In this document: positions 50,212 to 58,848 of the stretch, piece after piece
How the letters are laid out: every line of letters starts with the position of its first letter
Numbering within the stretch: the first letter of the stretch is position 1
Position numbers and translations under genes: made by a program
The notes under the pieces: generated by a model
Database searches by the model: none
What the model was told of the DNA's origin: nothing
Seen by the model: only the letters and a program-made list of their open reading frames with translations
Assembly (NCBI GenBank): GCA_963662655.2
Contig: CAXXTU010000002.1
Span: forward strand, 512,001 to 576,000
Length of the DNA: 64,000 nucleotides
Origin: Candidatus Cloacimonadales bacterium
GTDB taxonomy: Bacteria > Cloacimonadota > Cloacimonadia > Cloacimonadales > JAIOQZ01
Direction of reading: 5' to 3'

Positions 50212-52443
50212 TCAATTTCTTTGTGTTGATCTGATTTTGCTTTTTCTCAGAAGATTCGCATTTCCGACAACGGTAATGGAACTTCCGGCCATTGCGATCT
50301 CCGCGATAACCGGATGCAGAAGTCCACTGATGGCGAGTGGGATTGCCAGAAGATTGTAGAAGAAGGCCCAGAACAGGTTTTGCTTGATCTTGGCGAATGT
50401 CTTCAGCGATAGATTTATTGCGGCCTCGACGGACATCATATCGTTTCTTACCAGTGTGATATCCGCGCTCTCGATGGCGATGTCCGCTCCCGATCCAACC
50501 GCGATTCCCACGTCCGCTTGTTTGAGCGCCGGGGCGTCGTTGATGCCGTCCCCAACCATCGCGACCTTGCCGTGTTTGCTCTGAAGGTTCTTGATCACAT
50601 TCACTTTGTCGCCGGGCTTCACTTCCGCGACGACCTGATCGATGCCGGCAGCGTCCGCGATGGCCTTGCCGCTGCGCTCGTTGTCGCCGGTGAGAAGCAG
50701 CGTTCTGAATCCGCGTGCTTTCAAGGCAGAAATAGCGGAGCGGGAATCCGGCTTGATCTGGTCCGAGACCGAGAAGTAGCCGAGTAAGTTTTGCATGTCG
50801 GAAATGAAGATGATGGTGTTCGCCTGGTTTTGAAGGAGATCGATGTCTCTTCTGATATCATGCAGGTGGATGCCGTTATCCAGCATGAAGGATTCGCTTC
50901 CGGCATAGAAGGTCTCGTGGCCGATAACCGCACTGATGCCCTTTCCGGGAATGTTGCGGAAGGATGAGATTTCCGGAGCTTTCAGATTTGTGTGTGACTC
51001 CGCGTACTGCGTGATTGCACCGGCAAGCGGGTGCTCGGAGGCGGACTCCAGGGCCCTGGATATGGCGAGAAATTGTCTTTCGTCCATTTCCAGCGTTCGC
51101 ATGGCGTTTACCAGCGGTTTTCCCTGCGTGACGGTTCCAGTTTTGTCGAACACGATAACGGAAACGTCTTTCAGCGTTTGAATGGCCTCGGCGTTACGAA
51201 TCAGGATACCGTTCTTTGCACCCAATCCGCTTCCGACCATCAGCGCGGTTGGCGTGGCAAGGCCCAGTGCGCAGGGACACGCGATCACGAAGACGGCTAC
51301 CATTGCGTAGATGGCCTGCGTTACCGTGTTCATGGATGGATCGACCCAGGGAAGATAGGTTGCAGCCCAGGCAAAGAGTCGGCTGTAGAAAGCGGGGAAC
51401 ACAATATGCGTTCCAAATGTCAGGATTGCAAGGAGAATAACCACGGGAACGAAGAATCCGGTTAATCGGTCCGCAAGCAACTGGATGGGAACCTTGCTGC
51501 TCTGCGCCTCATCGACCATGCGGATGATCTGCGAAAGAAAGGTGTCTTTTCCCACGCGCGTGGCTTGTACACGGATAAATCCGTTTCCGTTGATGGTCGC
51601 GCCGATAACCGGATCTCCTGCTTCGCGCGTGACGGGTATCGATTCGCCGGTTACCATCGATTCGTCGATGGAGGTGATTCCCTCGATAATCTTTCCATCC
51701 GTGGGTATTTTCATGCCGGGCTTGACGATCATGATGTCGCCTTCCATGACGTCCGAGAGCGGGACTTCGTTCACGGAACCGTCTCGCTCGATCAGGGCGG
51801 TCTTGGCTCCGAGCTCGAGGAGTTTGCGGATTTCTTCCGAAGCCTTTCCGCGAGCTTTCTTCTCGATGTAGCGGCCGGTCAGGTGGAATGCCATGATCAT
51901 GGCCGAGATACCGGTAAAGTTTCCGATGGGCAACCAGAATTGGATTACGCCCGTAAGGAAAGCAGAGCCGGTTCCAAGAACAATCAGTACATCCATGTTG
52001 GCGGATCCGTGGAGAACCGAGCGATAGGCGGATGCGAATGTTTGTCTCCCGCTCACGACGAGAACCGGAAGAACCAGGAGCAGCATCCCGATGCGCATCA
52101 TGAGTTCGTTCGGGTAATGGACTCCAGTTGTCATGGACGCGAACATCCATAGCATGGAAGGGAGCGTGAAAGCCCATGCGAAGAACATCTTATTCCGGGC
52201 TGCTTCCCACTGGCGGGAGGCGTCCTGTTCGTCATCGATCACTTTGAATCCGACGTCTACGACCGCCTTGTGAAGCGCTTTCACGTTCGCGAGCGAGTCG
52301 TCGTACTGGACGACAGCCATGTCCGTGGCCAGGTTGACTCCGGCCACACTCACGCCCTCGACTCGCCTGAGCGCGAGTTCCACGGCCCGAGAGCAGGATG
52401 CGCAGGTCATTCCCCCGACTTTTATCTGTGTAGTCTTTATCAT
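50212..52443 (-). CDS. copA: Cu(I)-translocating P1B-type ATPase
   Basis: GMTCASC HMA, TGES, CPC, DKTGT, GDGIND, YN and MAGSS Cu(I) ligands. Confidence 0.95.
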   Translation of the reverse strand: MIKTTQIKVGGMTCASCSRAVELALRRVEGVSVAGVNLATDMAVVQYDDSLANVKALHKAVVDVGFKVIDDEQDASRQWEAARNKMFFAWAFTLPSMLWMFASMTTGVHYPNELMMRIGMLLLVLPVLVVSGRQTFASAYRSVLHGSANMDVLIVLGTGSAFLTGVIQFWLPIGNFTGISAMIMAFHLTGRYIEKKARGKASEEIRKLLELGAKTALIERDGSVNEVPLSDVMEGDIMIVKPGMKIPTDGKIIEGITSIDESMVTGESIPVTREAGDPVIGATINGNGFIRVQATRVGKDTFLSQIIRMVDEAQSSKVPIQLLADRLTGFFVPVVILLAILTFGTHIVFPAFYSRLFAWAATYLPWVDPSMNTVTQAIYAMVAVFVIACPCALGLATPTALMVGSGLGAKNGILIRNAEAIQTLKDVSVIVFDKTGTVTQGKPLVNAMRTLEMDERQFLAISRALESASEHPLAGAITQYAESHTNLKAPEISSFRNIPGKGISAVIGHETFYAGSESFMLDNGIHLHDIRRDIDLLQNQANTIIFISDMQNLLGYFSVSDQIKPDSRSAISALKARGFRTLLLTGDNERSGKAIADAAGIDQVVAEVKPGDKVNVIKNLQSKHGKVAMVGDGINDAPALKQADVGIAVGSGADIAIESADITLVRNDMMSVEAAINLSLKTFAKIKQNLFWAFFYNLLAIPLAISGLLHPVIAEIAMAGSSITVVGNANLLRKSKIRSTQRN

Positions 52444-52454
52444 TACAACTTCCG

Positions 52455-52766
52455 TTATTTCATGGTTTTCATCAGTTTCTGGAGCGTCAACATGAGCTCG
52501 TCGACAACCTCCAGCTTCCCTTCCTGAATCTGCTCGATCACGCAGCTCCTCATGTGCGCTTCCAGCAGCTTGGTTGCAACGGCGGTGAGTCCCGACTGGA
52601 TCGCGGAAATTTGCACCAGAATGTCGTCGCAGTAAACGTCCTCATCGACCATGCGGTTGATTCCGCGGATCTGACCCTCGATCCGGTTCAAACGATTCCT
52701 CAATCCCTTTTTGAATTCCTCCGGATGGTGCGCCATTCGACTGTGTACAGGGCAAGTCTTGCTCAT
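52455..52766 (-). CDS. csoR: copper-sensing repressor CsoR
   Basis: RLNRIEGQIRGI, YCDDIL, HMRSC (Cys-His-Cys); ATG 52766 with AAGGAG RBS; upstream extension in the ORF track is spurious. Confidence 0.93.
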   Translation of the reverse strand: MSKTCPVHSRMAHHPEEFKKGLRNRLNRIEGQIRGINRMVDEDVYCDDILVQISAIQSGLTAVATKLLEAHMRSCVIEQIQEGKLEVVDELMLTLQKLMKTMK

Positions 52767-52785
52767 ACAACTACTCCTTCTTAAA

Positions 52786-52802
52786 ATACCCCTGGGGGGT
52801 AT
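52786..52802. promoter_or_regulatory. CsoR operator
   Basis: ATACCCCTGGGGGGTAT pseudo-palindrome with C/G tracts just upstream of the csoR RBS, matching known CsoR boxes. Confidence 0.85.
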
Positions 52803-52889
52803 ATGGATAAGGTAGTATGTTTCTTGCGATGGGCAAATGGTTTTCTCGCTTTTTTCCGCGTTGGACTGGCGGCGGGTGCCAGCGCACCC

Positions 52890-53002
52890 GCGCGGGGCGG
52901 CGTAGGAAGACCGTTCGGACTTCCTGATACGGAAAAGGTCTGCTACCAGGCGGTAGCAGACCTTTTCCGTATCGTTTGCACAGCAAACACGCCGCCCCGC
53001 GC
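52890..53002. repeat. structured intergenic element, four-way junction, copy 2
   Basis: 14-bp closing stem GCGCGGGGCGGCGT/ACGCCGCCCCGCGC enclosing a 6+2 bp hairpin, a perfect 22-bp hairpin and a 6-bp hairpin; flanking hairpins 52872-52891 and 53004-53036. Confidence 0.8.
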
Positions 53003-53084
53003 TGAGTCGGGCAGACATCTCAAGGATGTCCGACTCGTCCAGAAGGTGGGGAAGGTGAATGTCAAAGCTGAAAGAGATTAGCTA

Positions 53085-53852
53085 TTAATCCTCGCTGGCT
53101 CCCAGAGCGAATCCGCATGCCTTGAGTTGCTCGAGGATTTCGTTGATATCGCCGTGCCATAGACCGTACTTTCGAGAGATGTGCTCGGTCCAGCTGTAGT
53201 TTTCGAACGTGAACGTCTCTTCCATTCCTTCTTCCAGCTTGACCATGTAATTGGCCTTGCGATAGTAGTCTTGAGCGAGATAACCATCGTCCATGACCTG
53301 CATTGCCTTATCGATCATTTCGTCGGTCAGCTCCGAGTATTTATCCTCGAAAACGGTGAACTCGATAGGGAAACGTGGACGAGTCGGAGGATTCTCCGCC
53401 GGATATCCAACGGTTAGCCCCACGAGCGGGAAGACGCGATCGGGAAGTTTGTAAGCCTCTTTGATTCTTTCGGCGATGGAGGGAATCCAGCCGTGATAGC
53501 AGCTTCCCATGCCGAAGCTTTCCGCTGCGATTACCATGTTCTCCGCCGCGTAGGCAGCGTCCTGGATGCCTAAAAGCATGAAGGAAATATCGTTGGAGCG
53601 CATTTTCCACCCGCGTTTCTCCATGATTTTCTCCATCTTGTACGAATCCACGCAGAAAATGAAGAACAAAGGAGCGCTGAAGGGATTTTTCTTGCGGTCG
53701 CGCTTCATGAGAATGCTGTAGGTCTGCCCCGCGAATGGCGCGCTGACGGAAGCCTTCAGGAGAGAATCGAGGATGTCTTGCTCGATCGCCTGATCTGTAT
53801 ATTTGCGTATGGATTTGCGATGGATCATAATATCGATTATCTTCGTATCCAT
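53085..53852 (-). CDS. nitroreductase family protein (NfsA-like)
   Basis: HRKSIRKY, AAESFGMGSC, PLVGLTVGYP, RPRFP. Confidence 0.9.
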   Translation of the reverse strand: MDTKIIDIMIHRKSIRKYTDQAIEQDILDSLLKASVSAPFAGQTYSILMKRDRKKNPFSAPLFFIFCVDSYKMEKIMEKRGWKMRSNDISFMLLGIQDAAYAAENMVIAAESFGMGSCYHGWIPSIAERIKEAYKLPDRVFPLVGLTVGYPAENPPTRPRFPIEFTVFEDKYSELTDEMIDKAMQVMDDGYLAQDYYRKANYMVKLEEGMEETFTFENYSWTEHISRKYGLWHGDINEILEQLKACGFALGASED

Positions 53853-53854
53853 GC

Positions 53855-56659
53855 TTACACTTCCTTATTGCCTGGCTTTGAGTTGATCAGTACTGAGAAA
53901 ACTGCGCTTGTGATCGTCTCCATTGTGAACGGTTTCTGGATGAAATAATCGGCTCCGGCGTTCATGATATCACTCACGCGCTTGTCCTGCCTGAAACCGG
54001 ATGTAAGGATTACCCGCATATCGGGATACAACTCCTTGATTCGGTTGAATGCCTCTTTCCCCGACATGACCGGCATGGAAAGGTCGAGGAGCACAAGATC
54101 GATGTTTTTCACATCTCCAAGTACAAGCAGCGCTTCCAGGCCGTTCTCGGCCGTGAAAACCTCGTACCCGCTTTCCAGAAGAATGTTCTCGGAGATTTGC
54201 CGGATATGCTCCTCGTCGTCAACGACAAGTATCCTTCCTTCCCCTTTAACGAGCGAACCGGTCACGGTTTTTTCCTGGTTGCGCTCATCCTGATTGGAGA
54301 GAACAGGTAAATAGACTTGGAATGTAGAGCCTACACCTTCTTCGGAGTATACATTGATGAATCCGTTATGCATCTTGATGATATTATACACCATCGCAAG
54401 GCCAAGCCCCGTTCCATGCGAAGAATCCTTGGTCGTGAAGAATGGATCGAAGATTCTACGCAGTACCTCGTTGTTCATGCCCACGCCTTCATCGCGAACG
54501 GAAAGCACCCAGTAATAACCCTCTTTCGAGTCGGGGTGATACGCGCTGAAACTCTTTTCCACAAGGTATTTGGAGAGCGATATCTTGAGTTTACCGCCCT
54601 TCTTCTCGTGGTTCTCTCTCATGATGGTCATCGCGTGGGAGGAGTTGACGCACAGGTTGAGAAGTACCTGCTCGATCTGCGTCTGATTTGCATTGATGTA
54701 CGCTTCATCCGTAATATCGCCAACGATGAGGTCGATGCTCTTATCCAGGGTGTTCTTGCAGATTTCCGTTACATTGTGGATCGCGTCTGATAGCTTGACG
54801 GTATCGTATGAAACCTCTTGCCGCCTGGAGAGCGTCAGAAGCTGTTGAACCATCTCGGAAGCTCGGTTTGACGACTGCTCCATCGTGTTGATATACTTGA
54901 CGATCTGACTGTCGTCGATATTCTTCATGTCAAGATAGTATTTAAGTAAGCTGATCGTGGCAGTAATACCGCAGAGGACGTTGTTGAAATCGTGCGCGAG
55001 TCCGCCGGCGAGATTGCCAACCGTTTCCATTTTCTGAGCCTGGAATAGTTGATTGTCCTTCTTGATCATATTGGTGACATCGTCGAGCCGAATGACAGCG
55101 CCACGTGAATTCCCCACCAGCAGTGGAACGACGTACATATCGAAGTAGCGTGTATCCTCGAACTTGATGACAACCTGGTGCATTACGAAATGCTCCATGC
55201 GTTGAATTGCGTCCATGATCCGTTGTCTGTGATTCTCGAACGCCGGATTGATCTCCCAGAAGAATCTTACGTCTTTCTGATTTTGTGAGAAACCGAACAC
55301 CTTCTCCGCTTCGCTATTCCACTCGGTAATTGCAAACTTCTCGTTCAGGGTAATCAGCGATGAAGACAGGGAATTGAAAACATTGCGGAGGTAATTGCGT
55401 GTCTCTTTTAGCTCTCGGGCGTAGCTCCTTCGTTCCTCTTCGTTCTTCACTGCCTGTGCGAGAATCACCATGACATTGATCTCTTCCGGCTTGAACGTTC
55501 GAACATTGTGGTCGCAGAGACAGAAGCAGCCGATGACCTGGTTGTTCAGTGTTACCGGAACGCCTATGTAAGACATGACATTGTATTTCTTCAGGTTCTT
55601 ATCGACTTCCCAGAACTTGTGTTCCTGCATATCTTCGATGATGATGACGCGCCCGTCGTTGTTCCTGATAACCTCGAAGCAAAGACGGTTCTCGGGAGTG
55701 CTGATGAGATTCAAATCCTTGGGCGCATTCCAGAATCCTCGCGTGCAAAGCAGGTTTTTCGATTCCTCGAACCGATTGTACAGAACAAAGCCGCCATGCA
55801 GAAGTTCGCCGGCTGTCTGCGCGATCATGTTCAGGTTCTCGTCAGGGTTTGCGCTCATGTCCAGGAAACACTGGTTCAGGTGGGTGAGAGTTTCCTCGTT
55901 CTTCTTGATCTCGTCGTGGTCGATCTGAAGTTGCCTGTATTGGTGCTGGATGGTGCTAAAACTATTCTTTAGATCCTGCGCCATTTGCTGGAACGATCTC
56001 ATGAGGAAGCCCAGTTCGTCGTTGGGGATTTTATCGAACGACACGTCAAAGCTGCGCTCGGATATCATCGTGGCAGCATCCTTCAAGCTGTTGATCGGTT
56101 TGATGACCGATCGTGATAGCAGCAGGATCACCAGAAAATCAAGCAGCAGAATAATAAGAACGACCGCCAGGATGATAAGAAACCGGATTTTCAGAATCTT
56201 CACGATGGAGGACTTCAGCGAGAACACAATACGAACATATCCGACTCGTTCTTCCGTGCCGTGGAAATCCTTGATGAAGCAGGGGGCGTTCTTGATCAAC
56301 CAGTATTTTCGAGGTGTTTGGATATTCGCCGTATCGATCCCGCTCAGGTTCAGCTTGTAACCGTTGTTGTCGAAAATCTGTACGGAGAGGATGTCGAGTT
56401 GGTCTTTTTCACCATTCTGGAGCTGAATTGTATTCTGTTCGAGGAACATAAAGGTGTAGTTCGAGATATGCGGAGCGCTGATCATTGCGATCGATCGTGT
56501 CAGCTTCTCCGCGCCCTTCTCAACCTCATCCAGAATGCTATTCTCGACGACCTGCAACAGTAGCGTTACGGTTATAAGAAAGAACGATATCAGCAGAATG
56601 CTGATTGTAATTACAAACTTCGTGAAGAGATTATTCTTCAGCTTTTGAACCTTGTTCAT
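53855..56659 (-). CDS. hybrid sensor histidine kinase (HAMP-GAF-PAS-HisKA-HATPase-REC)
   Basis: Two TMs, HAMP, GAF (YIGVPV), AGGLAHDFNN, GTGLGL, REC (LVVDDE, LLDLSMP, QKPF). Confidence 0.92.
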   Translation of the reverse strand: MNKVQKLKNNLFTKFVITISILLISFFLITVTLLLQVVENSILDEVEKGAEKLTRSIAMISAPHISNYTFMFLEQNTIQLQNGEKDQLDILSVQIFDNNGYKLNLSGIDTANIQTPRKYWLIKNAPCFIKDFHGTEERVGYVRIVFSLKSSIVKILKIRFLIILAVVLIILLLDFLVILLLSRSVIKPINSLKDAATMISERSFDVSFDKIPNDELGFLMRSFQQMAQDLKNSFSTIQHQYRQLQIDHDEIKKNEETLTHLNQCFLDMSANPDENLNMIAQTAGELLHGGFVLYNRFEESKNLLCTRGFWNAPKDLNLISTPENRLCFEVIRNNDGRVIIIEDMQEHKFWEVDKNLKKYNVMSYIGVPVTLNNQVIGCFCLCDHNVRTFKPEEINVMVILAQAVKNEEERRSYARELKETRNYLRNVFNSLSSSLITLNEKFAITEWNSEAEKVFGFSQNQKDVRFFWEINPAFENHRQRIMDAIQRMEHFVMHQVVIKFEDTRYFDMYVVPLLVGNSRGAVIRLDDVTNMIKKDNQLFQAQKMETVGNLAGGLAHDFNNVLCGITATISLLKYYLDMKNIDDSQIVKYINTMEQSSNRASEMVQQLLTLSRRQEVSYDTVKLSDAIHNVTEICKNTLDKSIDLIVGDITDEAYINANQTQIEQVLLNLCVNSSHAMTIMRENHEKKGGKLKISLSKYLVEKSFSAYHPDSKEGYYWVLSVRDEGVGMNNEVLRRIFDPFFTTKDSSHGTGLGLAMVYNIIKMHNGFINVYSEEGVGSTFQVYLPVLSNQDERNQEKTVTGSLVKGEGRILVVDDEEHIRQISENILLESGYEVFTAENGLEALLVLGDVKNIDLVLLDLSMPVMSGKEAFNRIKELYPDMRVILTSGFRQDKRVSDIMNAGADYFIQKPFTMETITSAVFSVLINSKPGNKEV

Positions 56660-57710
56660 CAAGATATTCCTTCAAATACTGCTCATGAATGTTGGTTACC
56701 TTGATCTTTCCATCGATAATTTTCTGTCGAACGTTATACACTTCAATGATCAATTTCTCCCCGATGAAATCCCGGGTGTATTTCATGTCCGTTAGCTGGA
56801 TGCCGTCGTTGCCGAGTCCGTACGTGTAAATCGTGTTCCCCTTCAGTTCGCCCTTAATGAATTTACCGACCAGATCGGATATCGAGAGGTCGATCCGCTT
56901 CATCATGCTGGTGAGGACGTATCCCTTAGCCAGGGCGTCCTGATTCGAGTCGACGCCGATCACATATTTTCCGCGATCTTTCGCGGCGGTAATGATGCCG
57001 TTACCGGAGGCGCTTGCGACATTGTAAATCACGTCGATTCCCTGGTCGTACATCTCTGTGGCGAGCTTGTAGCCCTTGTCGGGATCGTTGAACCCATTGA
57101 AATCCGGGGCTTCGCTACAGTATTTTGCCGTGAGGGTCACCTTCGGATCGGCATACTGGATGCCCTCCTTGAAACCTTGCAGGAAAGCCTTGATAACGGG
57201 TATATCTACGCCACCGATGAAGCCGACTTTGCCGGTCCTGCTGAATTTTGAAGCAAGGAATCCAACCAGGAACGACCCCTCGTGCTGCGAATAGATCGCC
57301 GAGGACACGTTGTCAAATCCGCTGAGAGGATTATCCAGCAGAACAAAATGAATCTGAGGGTACATGGGGGCGTAGCGTTTCAAACCTTCCACAGAGAAAA
57401 TCCCGGAGGAGAAGATTAACTCGCAACCTTCGTCTATCAAGTCCTGAATGCATCGTTCCTGCTCGCCGATGGTCTCGGTCGTTGGCACTTTATAGACAAC
57501 ATCGATTGGGTACTCGTGCTTGGCCTGAATCAATCCCCTGTACTGCATATCGTTGAAGGCCATATCGCCAATTCCGGCATACCCGAGGGCAAGACCGATC
57601 TTACGGTATCTCCTTGTCGGTTCTTCATCGGATTTCCCGGCCTTGCCGCATCCGGCTATTAGGATTGAGATCAAGAAAGCGATCGTTATGAATCGATTGA
57701 TATTATGCAT
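56631..57710 (-). CDS. BMP family (PnrA-like) lipoprotein
   Basis: Lipobox IAGC; GIGDMAFND, EGSFLVG, KVGFIGG, IGVDSNQ, LTSMMKRID. Confidence 0.92.
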   Translation of the reverse strand: MHNINRFITIAFLISILIAGCGKAGKSDEEPTRRYRKIGLALGYAGIGDMAFNDMQYRGLIQAKHEYPIDVVYKVPTTETIGEQERCIQDLIDEGCELIFSSGIFSVEGLKRYAPMYPQIHFVLLDNPLSGFDNVSSAIYSQHEGSFLVGFLASKFSRTGKVGFIGGVDIPVIKAFLQGFKEGIQYADPKVTLTAKYCSEAPDFNGFNDPDKGYKLATEMYDQGIDVIYNVASASGNGIITAAKDRGKYVIGVDSNQDALAKGYVLTSMMKRIDLSISDLVGKFIKGELKGNTIYTYGLGNDGIQLTDMKYTRDFIGEKLIIEVYNVRQKIIDGKIKVTNIHEQYLKEYLDEQGSKAEE

Positions 57711-58250
57711 TGTTCCCCCACAAGCTTCATACGAAAACCTATCTATATGTGATTTTTCTATTCGGCCCGGCGTACGTCAAGGCAACGCACCGAAATTCAT
57801 CAATACGCATTAATAGGGATCGAACCGGATTTTTGTCAAATTATTCCTTTGTAAGCGACAGTAAAGGCAACCGCTTCTGTGTGATCCTCGCAAGTTTTCA
57901 GTGGCGAAATCATCCAGGGTACAGTATAGGAAAAATTAACAGGAGTTTATGGAGATTTTCCCGCCCCAGAATGAACGGGGCTTAACGAAACATCCCCTTG
58001 ATGCATTATATTTGTGAAATGTTTAATCTGAAATGTTAATATGAATAAATAGTTTAGAAATTGGAATAAATAATTAGCAGGCCGTGCGAGATGTGTTATA
58101 TTTGCTAATGTTGAGAATTGTTGCCGCGCTGAAACTTGTTTTGTCTTTCATTTACTGGAGAACACGTCAAACACCATCGTCTTGCAGCTGATATTGTACA
58201 ATAATCCAAGGTACTGTGAGTAATTAATTTTTGCCTTTGCAGGAGGTAAT

Positions 58251-58766
58251 ATGAATGGTAATTCGTTACATGGCGATCTTCAACAGGATGGAAAATATCT
58301 GACCTTTTTATTGAATGAGCAACCGTACGGCGTTCATGTCGAGAGCATACTGCAGATCATCGCAATCCCCGAAATAACTCCCATACCGCAGACGGAATCG
58401 TATATCAAAGGCGTTATCAATCGCAGCGGCAGAATCACGCCCGTCATGGACCTCAGGCTTCGGCTGGATCTACCGGGTCGCGATTACGACGACCGTACCA
58501 GCATCATCGTTATCCGTGCCGAGAACATGGACGTTGAGATTTTTATGGGAATGATCGTCGACAATGTGCTTGAGGTGATCGATATCGATATGAGCCAGGT
58601 CGACCAACTATCTTCGATCGGTTCGAAAATTGACAATCGTTACATTCATGGAATGGCCAAGGTGAAAGGCAAGGTAATCATCCTTCTCGATACGAACAGA
58701 ATCCTTTCGCACAAAGAACTCATCCAGATGAAAAACCTTCAGCAGGAATCAGGCACGAGTTCATGA
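58251..58766 (+). CDS. cheW: chemotaxis coupling protein CheW
   Basis: YLTFLL..QPYG, ITPIPQT..YIKGVIN, PVMDLR, GMIVDNV; AGGAGG RBS. Confidence 0.92.
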   Translation: MNGNSLHGDLQQDGKYLTFLLNEQPYGVHVESILQIIAIPEITPIPQTESYIKGVINRSGRITPVMDLRLRLDLPGRDYDDRTSIIVIRAENMDVEIFMGMIVDNVLEVIDIDMSQVDQLSSIGSKIDNRYIHGMAKVKGKVIILLDTNRILSHKELIQMKNLQQESGTSS

Positions 58767-58848
58767 AGAAATCGTTGGATCGTGTTGCTCGTGAATTGAC
58801 TGGAACACATTTATTGGAAACAAAATAAAGAAATACAGAGGAGAAAAT

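Noticed and set aside
52767..53018. N-terminal extension of CsoR and ORFs 52771-52986 / 52803-53081
   Set aside because: They run through the CsoR operator and the palindromic element; the mirrored peptide text is an artefact of the inverted repeat
57855..57930. c-di-GMP-I riboswitch upstream of cheW (AAAGGCAACC)
   Set aside because: The GNRA-capped P2 and GACGCAAAG core that should follow are absent
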